The translations under genes were made by a program, and so were the position numbers. The notes below the pieces were generated by a model, which did no database searches, was not told the origin of the DNA, and saw only the letters and a program-made list of their open reading frames with translations. A stretch of 58,283 nt of DNA, filler included, from Sphacelaria rigidula (Eukaryota), in assembly GCA_964200075.2 (NCBI GenBank). It is 7 parts of 7 records of this genome, joined end to end, with 100 filler letters (N's around TTAATTAATTAA, not from the genome) between each part and the next. Parts side by side here need not be neighbours in the genome. Positions count along the whole stretch, not along the records: positions 16,683 to 24,923 come from CAXNAA020011808.1; positions 25,024 to 33,263 come from CAXNAA020011809.1; positions 33,364 to 41,603 come from CAXNAA020011810.1; 4 more parts are not named here. One strand, written 5' to 3'. This document shows positions 22,823 through 34,851 of this stretch, piece by piece; positions within the stretch are counted from its first letter, which is position 1; every line of letters starts with the position of its first letter.

Positions 22823-24366
22823 GAACAATCACAACGAAACACATGCAAAGTTGAATCAGTTCTTGGCTGCGCAAGAGATACAGCTCGGACCGACCACACG
22901 ACCTCGTCTTCTTGGGGGGTCTTTGTTTTGCCTTGAGTGGAGACGTTCAAATGTTTCCACGGCATTCACCGAATATTCGAGAAACAATAGAGAACTTTCT
23001 GACGGTCCAGATGCGACAGGCTTCACCCCTCAGCGGCAGGTTACCACCGGCATTCCCTGACAACCATGCCAACGACTGGTGCGCAGAAACAGGGTGATGG
23101 AGACAGACCGCTTTGGACAAGGCGCTATTTTAGAGACAAAATTTTAACCTCAGTGTATGTGTCGCTTCATCGGCGGAGAGATGAGAGGATACCTTCAGGC
23201 AACGGACGCGTCTCAAGGATGGACAAGTTTTGAAAGTAAAACGAACACAAGAAAGCACATGTGCGGGTTACTACGCGCAAGAACAGCTGTGCGCGCGCGC
23301 ACGCACACACGAGGGCACACATGATGGAACTAAAAGTCCGGATATATAACCCATCGATCTTCTCAGCACTTGCTCGATTGCACCCCCCCACCAAAAAAAA
23401 AACATACGCTTCCTTCTTTTGAACACCCCAATAAACGATATAAAAAAGTAGCCTCTAGGAAGTCGGGGAAGAACACGAGTGCAAACGACAAAAAATTCAA
23501 ATTGAAAAAAAAAGAGCAGGAGCTAGATGACCCCAACCTGACAGCACAATGGGTGGACACCTTGCTCGTGCAGTATTGCAGCGTAATTTCCGAGTATAAA
23601 TTGTTCTGTCACAGATCATTGAAGTCTTTCGATTTTTTCCGTGAGCACGTACCCGTCTAGTCCTGTCCGTTGACATGGGTACACTTTACCCCGAACTGTC
23701 GCCAAAAACCACGGTTGGATCTACGATAAAATATGCTTGGTATCAGTGCGGATCCATCACATTCGAATTTGTTGAGAGCCCGCAGTCAAAAACAGCCGTT
23801 CCCAGTGCGCAGGAGGTGTTTTCGCTCAAATTTACTGGTGTGACGCACTCTTGCCTAGGAAACTCCCTGCACCTCCCTCGCCCGAGGGTTCCCAGTATGT
23901 CTCGTGCATATATATACAGTAGTGGGCGGTCCAACTATTTGGGGGTCTTTTGGGGTTTTCCTCGCCTACTACTCTTCGATAGAACTCGGAATTGCTAGTA
24001 TCGGTAGATTTTGGTACAAAAAAACACGCCGTCTTCGAAACAGTGCCCAAGTCAGTGCTAGTTGGTGTTGTCAGGCGAAACGAGTAAATACGCCGTTCAT
24101 CAGGAGGGTGTTGTTCATCGTGAAACACAGTTTTTCGGCCCTAGTGCACCAAGTAGGCAGAATTTCAAAGAAATAAAAACGGTACATTCATCTAAAAATA
24201 TGATCGGGACAGACTCGATCGACCGAAAATACAGAAGAGTAAGAACCTGGGCTGAAACGTGGCAGGAACCCCGATGACCGATCAGCCCGTAAGTGACTCA
24301 ATATTGCAAGGTTGTGTTCTGTAAGGTACGGGTACGTTCTGTAGGATATGAGATTCCGTACAGTGT

Positions 24367-24923
24367 TTACAGAACTGTCGGATACCGGTATGAAAGTCTT
24401 GCAGACTTGACAGAACTTGTCGGCTACGGTACGTGAGGCTTACAGAAAACCGGTACCGGTAGTCGGGGAACTCTTTTCGGGTATACCCGTCCCTTGGGTT
24501 CGGATAAATGTTAAATGTGCAGAACTTACAGAACTGTCGGATACCGGTATGAAAGTCTTGCAGACTTGACAGAACTTGTCGGCTACGGTGTGGGAGGCTT
24601 ACAGAAAACCGGCACCGGCAATCGGGTAACTCTTATCGGGTATACCCGCCCTTCGGGTTCGGGTAAATGTTATGTGCAGAACTTACAGAACTGTCGGATA
24701 CCGGTATGAAAGTCTTGCAGACTTGACAGAACTTGTCGGCTACGGTACGTGAGGCTTACAGAAAACCGGCACCGGCAATCGGGTAACTCTTTTCGGGTAT
24801 ACCCGCCCTTCGGGTTCGGGTAAATGTTATATGTGCAATACTTACAGAACTGTCGGGTACCGGTATGAAAGTCTTGCAGACTTGACAGAACTTGTCGGGT
24901 ATGGTATGGGAGGCTTACAGAAA
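24367..24923. repeat. Tandem satellite, ~158-bp unit, ~3.5 copies running off the contig end
   Basis: ttacagaactgtcggataccggtatgaaagtcttgcagacttgacagaac recurs at 24367, 24526, 24683 and 24842 (spacing 159/157/159). Confidence 0.93.
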
Positions 24924-25023
24924 NNNNNNNNNNNNNNNNNNNNNNNNNNNNNNNNNNNNNNNNNNNNTTAATTAATTAANNNNNNNNNNNNNNNNNNNNN
25001 NNNNNNNNNNNNNNNNNNNNNNN
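24924..25023. other. Artificial contig linker
   Basis: N44-TTAATTAATTAA-N44. Confidence 0.98.
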
Positions 25024-25094
25024 GTGTTCACGCACAAACACTACTCTTCACATGCAGCTGCGGGCGGAAGGTACTGGCGGAAAAAATAACTGAT

Positions 25095-25168
25095 CAGGTT
25101 GGACGGGGAATCGATCCCGGACCTTTGTCGTTGTAAAATTTATGTCTTACACACGGAGCTACGCGTGG
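25095..25168 (-). pseudogene. Degenerate tRNA-like sequence (possible SINE head or tRNA pseudogene)
   Basis: The minus strand has gcgtagctccgtgtgtaaga (A-box-like) and gtccgggatcgattccccg (T-arm/B-box-like) at tRNA spacing, but no good acceptor stem. Confidence 0.4.
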
Positions 25169-28100
25169 TAGTCGTTAAGGATTGGTCAAGGTTTTTAAAC
25201 TTCTGAATTTCGGGGCCCTCGAAGGTCCGTGTCAATAACACTGAAATCCCCCGAATTGTTTTTAGAGGCACAAGTGTAATGGAAATCTGAAAATTGGACA
25301 GCCGCTGCTGTTCGAAGTCCTAATTCCAAACTTGGAATAGGGCAAAAAGGATTCATTCGAAATAAATCCTAATTCCAAACTTGGAATATAGTTGAGAAAG
25401 GATTCATTTCGAAGAGCTTCAGCTGTACAGAAAATCCCATATACACTGTATATAGCAGATGAAATTTGTACACCACCAAGAACACCTGAAATTGAGTGGA
25501 GAAAGAGCTTGCTCGCGAGCAGCTTCAGCTGTTCAAGTCCTATATACTGCACGCAAGCTTTTGTTGCGGCTGATGTCATGATAACAGATCGCAATTGACC
25601 TCGCTAATAGATGGATACACCTGATGGAAACCCCGTAGTCTCGCGTCGACGAAACTAACACAATATACAGGGGATAATGAAACATCGATCTTATCGCATA
25701 CTGCGTAATCGGGATATATATTCACAACAATAAACTATTCTGGACTGTACAACACCATTGCATGCGGGACAGTGCGCTACACCGCTGTGCTTGTACGTGC
25801 GGCGCTATGTACTGCAGATGGCTGGCTATAAATACAATGTAGATGCCTGCAGCTTATTTTGATACATGGGGCGGGTGTTATATACCGTCACGAACTCCAG
25901 TTTTTCACGCCCGTTCCACATCATGTATTTGCGCGCACAGCTGCTGCAGCACAGTAAGTAGGGCGTGAAAGGGAAGGGGAAAAGTATACAGTACAGACAG
26001 CGCAGGACAATGTGTATATATATGTTCTCTACCTACAGTGCGACGTGAAAAGGACTTGAACAACGTGCAGCATATCGTACGCGCGGCCTGTATGCTGCAC
26101 TACTACAGTATGTCATATCGCGGTGCGTCCGCGATCCGCAGCATGCATATGATGGTGAGTGTGTATATGCATAAGATAGGCGGCCGGTTGATTATTGTTC
26201 CTCGCACCCGCGCCTGTATACGCACCCCGCGTATGTCATCGCCGCGCGATGTCGCGACCATGAAAGAAGTAGGTGCTCAAGTTTCCACCAACGAGAAATA
26301 CATCATATCCACCCGCACGGCAGTGTGTATGTGTCTATATCCCTGTGCCCAACCCGTGCTCTTTGCTGCGGGGTTGTGGTGGTATAGCTGGGCGGAATAA
26401 AACTGTTCTGCGGGCGGGTGCGTTGATTGGTGTTCGATTTGTGTGCGGTGATAAATATACGGAGGGATGGTCTACATATACTATTAATATACGATTGATT
26501 GAGTGATATTTTCTAAACATGGTTCGTGTTGGTAGATGATGGAATACGGGGTTTTGGGGATAATGTGCGTACATGGACGAGGTATACCCGATCATCTAGC
26601 ATCTTCCCACGCCTTCCCAGGGGTTTCAGACGAAGCACAAGTGTGGAAATACACACGTATCCAACGTGTGGGATCTCTATTCAGCGAAAGCTGTTGAGAG
26701 CTATTCATCCTTAGCCCATGTACACACGGACTGGGGGGCAAAAGGATGAATACCTTTCAGCAACTTTTCTGCGTGTCGGATCCCATGCGCTGGTGACGAT
26801 GCGGTATGCGGGATTTGCCCAGCAGCTGACGCTGCTCGCCATAAATCTTTTTCCCCCCAATCTCTAGATGAATTCGAGGGAAAAGTAAATATTTATTTCG
26901 AGCTTCTGCCGGTCAAATTCCGAATCTGCCAGTGTGCATGGGATTTGCGCAGCAGAAGAAGCTGTTCGAAATAGATCATTTCTTCGCTCATCTAAAAAAT
27001 GGGCGAAAAAAGGATCGATCTTGAACAACGTCTTCTGCTGTTCTAAATAAATATTTTTTGTGTGCCGAAATAAATTGGGCGAGAAAACGATCTGTATTGA
27101 AGAGCTTGTCCTGCTGTCCAAAATAAATTCCTTTTCGCTCGATTCAAATCGAGTCAAGAGGAATTTACCTCGGACAGGAGGACAAGCTAATGAAGATATA
27201 TTAAATAATTTACAGATTTTGTACCAAAATATTTGGAATTTTCAAAAGAAAAACTTGAGGTTTTTCCACCAAAACACTACCACATGACTGTGCAGGGCTT
27301 TGCTGACGTGCCTACACAGGGCTGCAAATCCAACCCTGGGGAAAACCCTGTCAAAACGCTACCAAGGGTACAGATTTTGCATTTCACTGTCAGTTTTTTT
27401 CACAAAGACTGTGGAGGACCCTGTACGGACCGTGCACAGTGCGCCCCACAGGGTGCTATCTGTCCACGGGTGTTGGTCCGCAAATATGCGCATAGTTCCT
27501 TCCCTCTGTACATACAGCTCATGACGGCCGATCTTTTTCAGGCTGTGGTTGTTGACGCACCTCTTGCCTTGCCGACCCATGTGTTGAGAGAGGTATCGTG
27601 CTCGTGTAGAGCGAGTATGGCCCCGGAATATCCATATCGACCCTCTCTGCACGAGAGCTCGTCACGGCGGATCTGTGAGGCCCAGGATGTTCGATATGTA
27701 TTGGCTTGCTTTGCCGACTCCATGAGTGATGGTGTTCCTGTGATTCGTGAAGCGCCTCCATCCCCCGAAATGGTGAATCAACAAAGGAGCCCACACTGAC
27801 CTACAAGCACACGGTGAACTGTTGACCTGTGCTGGCCACCATTTTTACAAGGTCGTGGAAGTCGTTGTCGGTAGTAGCAATAAACGATGAACAGAAAGGG
27901 TGAAGAGGGAGGGGCCACGCAAGAACGGCTGAAACTACCAATGTTTCCGCGGCTTTCGCAATGGTCAATGGATCGACAGCTAAGTTACATATGAGCACCG
28001 GTGATGATTGCGTTGCGTAATGGCGCAGGTCATGGTCTGATGACGAGGTCGTGGCTGCTCACCAGCTAAGCACGTTGCGCATGACCACGCACAAATCTTG

Positions 28101-28595
28101 GAAATGATGTCGATTCAATTTTGCGCATCAGCTAGGTTGTGCGTGACCTTGCATAAATCTGTCCAGAATTTACCGATAAATTGTGATTAGTGGGAGGCGC
28201 GCGCAGACCGGTGATGTTCGTGTGCGTTGGATAATGGTGCGCATAGTTTGAAGAAAAACCTGTTAAGATGTCATTGAACAATCCGCAAAATGATGCCGAT
28301 TCAATTTTGAAATGCTGCCACTTCATTTTCGAAATTATGTCGACTCGAAATTCTAATTTCGCTCAGTGTATTCGCTTTCTGCTCCGAGTAAAAAATCGAC
28401 CGACCGTTCTTCGGGGGAAAACTTTGTCGAACAGAAACCAGACGCATCTTGCTCCAACGGTCACCTGAACACAGCAGTTGCTGCTGTCTACCTAGTATCA
28501 TCCTTCAATTTAAGTCTTGAGCGAGAACGCCGAGCGTGCAGCTGCTTGACGCGAACACTGCGTTATGCCACGGACCTTTCCCACGTACCCGACTA

Positions 28596-28789
28596 GGGGG
28601 CAACATTCCACACATTGGACAATATATGGTCCAAAGTTGCAATAGACAAGAAACGTAATACATGAAGTGTAGACCTATTGCAACTTTTTTCGGCCGGCAT
28701 TAGCTGCAATAGGCCTATACTTTATTCAGTACACTTCTCGTCCATTGCAACTATTGACCATATATTGTCCAGGATGTGCAACATCCCCG
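28596..28789. mobile_element. Fold-back MITE (~190 bp, ~85-bp imperfect arms, TA flanks)
   Basis: tggacaatatatggtc..agttgcaat..gacctattgca is mirrored by tgcaataggcc..attgcaact..gaccatatattgtcca, with TA on both sides. Confidence 0.75.
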
Positions 28790-29030
28790 TACAGACGTAT
28801 GGCAGCTGGCAAGGTGGTTGTGTCTTTCTAGCGATATCAACTTACGGGGCATTGGACCAGAGTGTGCAGGTCAACATTATGGCGATTGCCTCACTCGCAG
28901 TTCGCCCCGATGTTGCGGATCTTTTCACGATCTCACTGAGTAACATTACACACATGTGGAAATGTACCAGACTCTGGACAAAGATTTTTACAGTCAGTAC
29001 GAACACGATGTTAAAAGTGTACTGCGCACA

Positions 29031-29250
29031 GTGTGTTGTGTGTGTTATCGTCCCATCTATTCTGGACGCCGGTTTCCACCTTTCGCCGGTATATGTGGGC
29101 GCACCAGCTAGGGTCACACAGGAGGAAGGCCAACACAGGAGCTTTTTTTTTGGCTCTCCACCTTCCTTCTGCGGTGCTTGCCTTTCTTTTTCATCGCGAA
29201 AGGGGTACATCAGTCCCTTTCCCTCGTCCACTAAGTCGAACGTTTGTGCA
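29031..29250 (-). mobile_element. 5'-truncated copy of the tRNA-derived SINE
   Basis: Matches the 3' part of 52441-52805 (ggtcacacaggaggaaggccaacacaggag; (TG)-rich tail) and lacks the tRNA head. Confidence 0.8.
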
Positions 29251-32213
29251 CAGTATAGAATATATTGCCGACTGTAATTTGTATTATACAGTACTCGTAC
29301 TTGAAGTCGGTAACTGCAATGCTACACTTCGAGACAACCATGTATACAAATCTTCACGGTGTGGAACGTTACAGGCGGCTTTCGCGCGGCTGTGTTATCA
29401 AACAACTTCGCCGAAAATACATGCAGCCGTTACAGCAGTGGAGGCGGCCTTTCACTCCTGCGTGCGCCACCTGGGGTAAACGCACGCTGTAGCTGCAACA
29501 CGGACAGGTCTACAACATGTGGCGTAGCGATATAGCCCGTAGGGAGGGACGATGTCCCGCGTAAACGTTGGCCGCAGGTACACGCGGCTGCGTTCATGAC
29601 GTGGCGAACTGCATAGGACAGCGCGAAATCAATGCAGGACAGGGATAGGCTCAGGATGTGATGTCCTGTGGTGTGCTTCGTCACCCTGCACCCTGCCGCT
29701 GTGCAGTGAGCAGGTAGTATCGCCGAAGGCGTCACGCTGCGGTTGGTACTCAGTGTTGAACATGGCAGCAAGCGGCATATCTTATGTACATATATGTGTG
29801 TTCGTAGACCGATGCGCACACACACGGCAACTACTATCGCTATCATCCATCGATCAGGGGGGTACTCTCCCTCCTTGAAAAGGTTAGCCGGGGATTCCCC
29901 CCCACTCCCCTCCCACGGCGCCATAATGAGATTTGGGCGACCTGGGGGGGGAGGGGGGGGTGATGTCGTCATTTCCCGATATGGGGCCCCTCGGCCCAGC
30001 GTGCAGCTGCTTGACGCTGTCTGCCCAAGAAAGAGCAGCTTGCAACTTTTAGTCTCTGGCATACCGGGAAGCAAGTCCTGCACGTGTACTTGAAAACAGG
30101 CATGGTAATGGCTGGGACTAGTGCGGGACGACCTAGCGGGAATTTTCCGGGAAACCGCTCGCGTCTCAGCGCCGGCTTGCTTCGGGCCCTTGTGAATATA
30201 GGGCGACGGCGATAACACGAATACGATTCATGCTTCAATACAACTTTACGCTTTCGTGCAGCGACACATCACCATACCCCGGGTGCGTGCGGCAGATCTT
30301 CATTTCAGAGCCACTTCTAACAAGGGGCCAGCGAGACCACTCCGGTTTCATCGCCGTAATCCAAGACCGCAATGTCACAGACACCGAAAAAAATGAATTT
30401 GGAAGCGCCCTGGGCACAGGGCAATCTATTTTAAATATGACGTAGTAAAAACCGTTGTATTCAGCGCCTCATGATCAAAAGTTGGTGGACGTTGTTGTTT
30501 TATCATGGCTTTTCCAGGGGAGTAGAGGAGATCCTCAGAAGTGAGATTGATCATAAAAAGGAGGTTCAACTCCTAAACAGTGCTCTCCCTGACCTAAAGT
30601 CATGACAAACGGCTTTCATAAGGACGACCTTATGCCCCCCGATCTCCCTGAAACTATTTTTGGTGGTTACCCCTCTTCCGTTCCCCCAAAAGGTATTTGC
30701 AAGGGTCCGCTTAGACAATGAGCTGAAGAACATGATGCGCTGACCGTTGGTATTTTTCAGTGCCTTGCCAGTAGATGCCGGAACGGTACAGAAGTCTCAA
30801 GCCGACAGCGTCTTCACAGATTTTTCAGAGCGGGCCACGAACCTCAACATTAGATTTCGATCTCGAGACCAATGATGCCGATTCAAATGAAAATGATGCT
30901 GATTCAAAAAATGTAAAAAGTGGAACAACTCAAACTTCGACAGAGGAGTTGAAACCCTGCCTCGGGAGTAAACTGTGCTCTGTCGAGATGGCACGGCGAT
31001 CGGCTCCCGCATAAAGACACGTTTGAGGTGTTCAAGCCCTGCCTCGCGAGTAACTGTCCCGAGTCGAGGTGACACGCCGATCGAGTGACACCGCTATCCC
31101 GTTTCTATTAGAGGTCGGAAATAGTTTGCCTAACCATCAACCAGTTGAATGAGTACGCGTAGCGCACTCATTAACCAGCTAAATGGAACATGATGGTTTG
31201 GTCATCGAGCGGCGCAGCCGCGAGTCGAAAGCTCCCCCACGGCAGAAGGGGGACCGTCGGAGGCGCCCCCGGAGGGCCTGCTGGAGCCGCCGTGCCGGAG
31301 GCATGTTTTTACGCGATTTGGCTTCACTAAAGCTAGAAAATGCGTCATATTTGGGGCAATTTTCAAGGGCTATATGTATCATACGTGGCCGGTAACGGTA
31401 TATGATAGTTTAAAACCATTATCCCAATTTTTCATATAACCATTACCATTATCACCATTATAATGATAATTGCCACTTATAACTGGTACCATTTCCGAGC
31501 TCTAGTTTTTATTGTGCCTCGTTATAAACATGATCGTTTCTTCCAACATGATCAAACGAGAACGAGGTCGATTCCAAATGCAGCCACGCCATGCACTCGA
31601 ACGGTCAACCGAGACGCTGAGGAAAACCATGCAGAACTAAGCGCGAGAGGCACATGGCACTCCAACGTTCGAAGGCACAGGAAGATTATACAGGACACAG
31701 CGCGGAAGGCGAATGTACTCCAAACCCGCCCACCTTACTGCTTGTGAAGTGCTAGAGAGGAAATTATCAGCGAGAAAGACTACCACAAAACTCCCCTGAA
31801 ATACTGGCGTCAGAGAGCGTCGGAAAAAAATGACAACATAAACGTACTCTAGAACCAAGTAAGGGTAGAATGCTGCTTCGTGGGGTCTTCGTGGGGCGGA
31901 ATGATACCTGTCTATAGTGAAAGCAAACGGCGGAAAAAATTATTAATCGTAATCTAAAATCAAGTAAAGGCAGAACGCTGTCGTGTGGGAGCTCGACAGT
32001 AAAATGACACCTGTCTGCAGGAAAGCGATTTAACGCGAATGTTCACTGCTACAACCGGTATTTTTTGTAGAATGTATGTACTGACATGGTTTGACCACCT
32101 GCTTGCGAGGCCCTCGAAACTGGAAAGTACTACAGTCACTACAAGGGTCACGCTTTTTCTCAAGAAAAGAAATAAAAAATACGAAAACAAGCTGCACACG
32201 TGAAAAAGCTTAC

Positions 32214-32599
32214 CCTGGAAAGTTTTGTCCAGCCAGAGATTGCATGAAGAATGTGTAGATCAGTCTCGCAGCCAGGATTCGCAAGGTAGCATCGTCGCTA
32301 CAAGTCTTCTTCGCATTCTCCACGAAGCGGGCCCAACCAGACTTTGCATCACCCCCACCGGATTCCTTGCTTGGGTTGCAAATTCCGTCGGAAATTCCCA
32401 CGATAGCCCTGCTGTCACTGCTGCTGTCGTTCTTTGCGTTGTTGTGATCGTTCATGATGCCATTTCCGCCGTCTGTCTTTTTGCTCCATACAGCAACCCT
32501 GGCTGCGACTGCGGTCGTGTGAGCGGCACTCTCGCGTTTGCCGCAAGGCAGAAACAACACCAAGAGGGCGCAATTGAGAAGAAACAAGCTGCTCGACAC
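32214..32599 (-). CDS. Probable single exon of a major facilitator superfamily transporter (TM6, central loop, TM7)
   Basis: Open 386-nt segment bounded by atacag| and |gtaagc. It encodes hydrophobic LFLLNCALLVLFLP, a low-complexity hydrophilic loop, then RILAARLIYTFFMQSL. The family is inferred from this pattern only, and flanking exons were not found. Confidence 0.45.
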
Positions 32600-33263
32600 C
32601 TGTATGTTTGAGTTGCGCGATCAGGTACAACAGAGGCAAAACAAATTACCGATACGTCGGTTGTTTCTTCGCTTGGCGGCAGCCGCGTGACAGCCCTCGG
32701 GAAAGTCTCTCGTAAGCGGTGGTGACGGGCGGTCTGAAACATACATGGCGTGGTCGGCTATAAACGGCGTGCCTGTGTGGTGGGTGGGTGGGGGGTTGAG
32801 AGCGTCATTTTCTTGCACAAACTCTACCGTGACCTCACCAACCGTTCTCCCCTATGAGACCGTGGTTTCAAACCTGATTTGTTCCACTACTCTTGTACAT
32901 AATCCTCATCTTGTAGCAGGATGCTCAGGGAGCAACAGGGCCACGGTGGGAGACATTACGCCTGTACACATCACCGCATCAGTCGAAAAAGGAGATTTCA
33001 TCCGCGATATCTCGTACGCAAAACAGATCAGCACTAATCCCTTGACCATGTCCAGAAGTCACGGCGGCTTCGGCCACCTTCCCAGTGCATCAGCGCGCAG
33101 GAAGACGTGCGCCCCACAAGTCTTGCGACGTTCATCAGTCACATAATTGACAGCGATGTCCAGCCGATGTGATGTATGCAGCAGTTTTGAAGACGGGGCC
33201 GGGGGGTAGAAGTAGGGGGGGGGGGGGGGGCGTACTCATTTGTTGCTTGCCTTAGTCGTTTGG

Positions 33264-33363
33264 NNNNNNNNNNNNNNNNNNNNNNNNNNNNNNNNNNNNN
33301 NNNNNNNTTAATTAATTAANNNNNNNNNNNNNNNNNNNNNNNNNNNNNNNNNNNNNNNNNNNN
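33264..33363. other. Artificial contig linker
   Basis: N44-TTAATTAATTAA-N44. Confidence 0.98.
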
Positions 33364-33433
33364 TAATTATAACTGCTACGTGTCCTGAAAATTTGGACGT
33401 CAATAACCGAAATGTTGGGGTCCCACGGGAAAA

Positions 33434-33490
33434 TCCAATTTCAGGGTATTTCGGCTATCCGTCGGATCGCCGAAATACCCTGAAATTGGA
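33434..33490. repeat. Near-perfect 57-nt palindrome
   Basis: tccaatttcagggtatttcggc-t-atccg-t-cggat-c-gccgaaataccctgaaattgga: 22-bp perfect arms plus 5 further base pairs. Confidence 0.9.
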
Positions 33491-34640
33491 GTGTGATACG
33501 AAGATCTTAATCCTCCGGGTTCTCATCCTCAATGGAAAGCACCATCCTCAACATTGATGATCGGCTCTTTATGGTGTGAGGCCTGTCCCCTGGGGAAAAT
33601 CCTGCCCGCCGGGAAAAATCCAACTTGTGCGGTGTGTTGTCCGCTGTGATGCTGTCGTACCTTTTGAGATTAATCTTTGGCCGCATCAACTAATTAGACA
33701 GCAAGCTGAGAGTGAGGGTCAAAGTGAAAGTCCTTCGTTTGGTCCGCACTTGCCGTGGACGCGTGAGAGTTAGACTACTGCTACTGTCTGTAACTCACGA
33801 ATCGAAGGTGGAAAGGTTGCTTCTGTTCGTACGGAAAAAAGGAGAAGTTGAACAAACACTGCGATTCAACAGAGGTGTACAATACGTTCATCTCAAACTC
33901 GAAAGCAAACTGTAGTTGAAAAAGGCCGTTGAAAACATCGGGAACCTCGGGTTCGATTTATTTTTTCATCTGTCGCACTTTGAACCCCTTCTCTTTCTCG
34001 GGACGAGTCCGTGGTCTCGAGGGATCAACCCATGTCTCCCCGGTACACTCCTTGCACGTCTGAACTTGCGGATTGGATCAGCACTCACGTCAAACAAACT
34101 CGGTCGACTACTTTGTTGACTCACGTTCTCACTCTTTCCACGTATATTTTACCCTCTTGACCGTGTGCATGTATCGTAAAGCCGTTCAATCGTGAGTAAT
34201 TATAGTGTCCAGTCGGCGTGGTTCATCTACCCGACAAAATATCACCCCCCCCCCCCCCCCCCCCCCCCGCCTTGGCAGAAATGAGGAATTTCGTCATGAC
34301 TGCCTCTTCCCCTGATGGATGTTACGCTGTTGGGGTGAGAGTTTGCGGCTGGAAAAACTGCAGCCAGCGTAGTGTCACGTTCGTTTGCGGACTGTGGGAT
34401 CGGGTAGAAAACAGGACCTGTGTGGTATCTGGGGCCACTTTTGCCCCAGGAAGTTTGGATGTGAGGGGGGTGCGATTCATCACCCGCCGCGGGTGGTGCG
34501 GGTAAAGTTGGAATTCCCCAAATCACATGGACCGTACCTTGTAGGCTTGAAGTGATATTACTCGTATCGCGAAATAAATGTTTATCCATGTCAAACATCA
34601 CCAGTAATTTGGATCAATGGTTCCACTGCGTTTAATGCGT

Positions 34641-34851
34641 TGTAATGCGTGAGAGGACCGCGTGCCTAGAGGACTGCACTGTAGTTTAAAATACCTCAGG
34701 ATCGACATTTCTCAAAACTGACCGGGTCGGTCCCTGCGGGTACCATGCCCCTGACCCTAACCCCAACACTAACCCTAACCCCAACCCTAACCATGAGGGT
34801 GTTCAAACTCCGATGCGGTCCCCTAAGCACGCGGTCCTCTCACGCATTACA
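34641..34851 (+). mobile_element. MITE family B (211 bp, 25-bp perfect TIR, 4-bp TSD GCGT)
   Basis: tgtaatgcgtgagaggaccgcgtgc / gcacgcggtcctctcacgcattaca, with GCGT on both flanks and internal CCCTAA-like repeats. Confidence 0.9.

Noticed and set aside
24367-24923. CRISPR-like array
   Set aside because: The whole unit repeats with no unique spacers, and the context is eukaryotic with no cas genes.
27519-27800. Possible minus-strand terminal exon after a ttgtag acceptor
   Set aside because: No frame gives a recognisable protein or continues the MFS-like exon.
29430-30218. 262-aa minus-strand ORF
   Set aside because: It has no domain signature, includes a poly-G/C run and looks like a chance ORF in GC-balanced DNA.
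33500-34120. Possible Gypsy pol remnant
   Set aside because: There is only a weak KAVENIG resemblance, and no RT, RNase H or integrase motifs could be confirmed.
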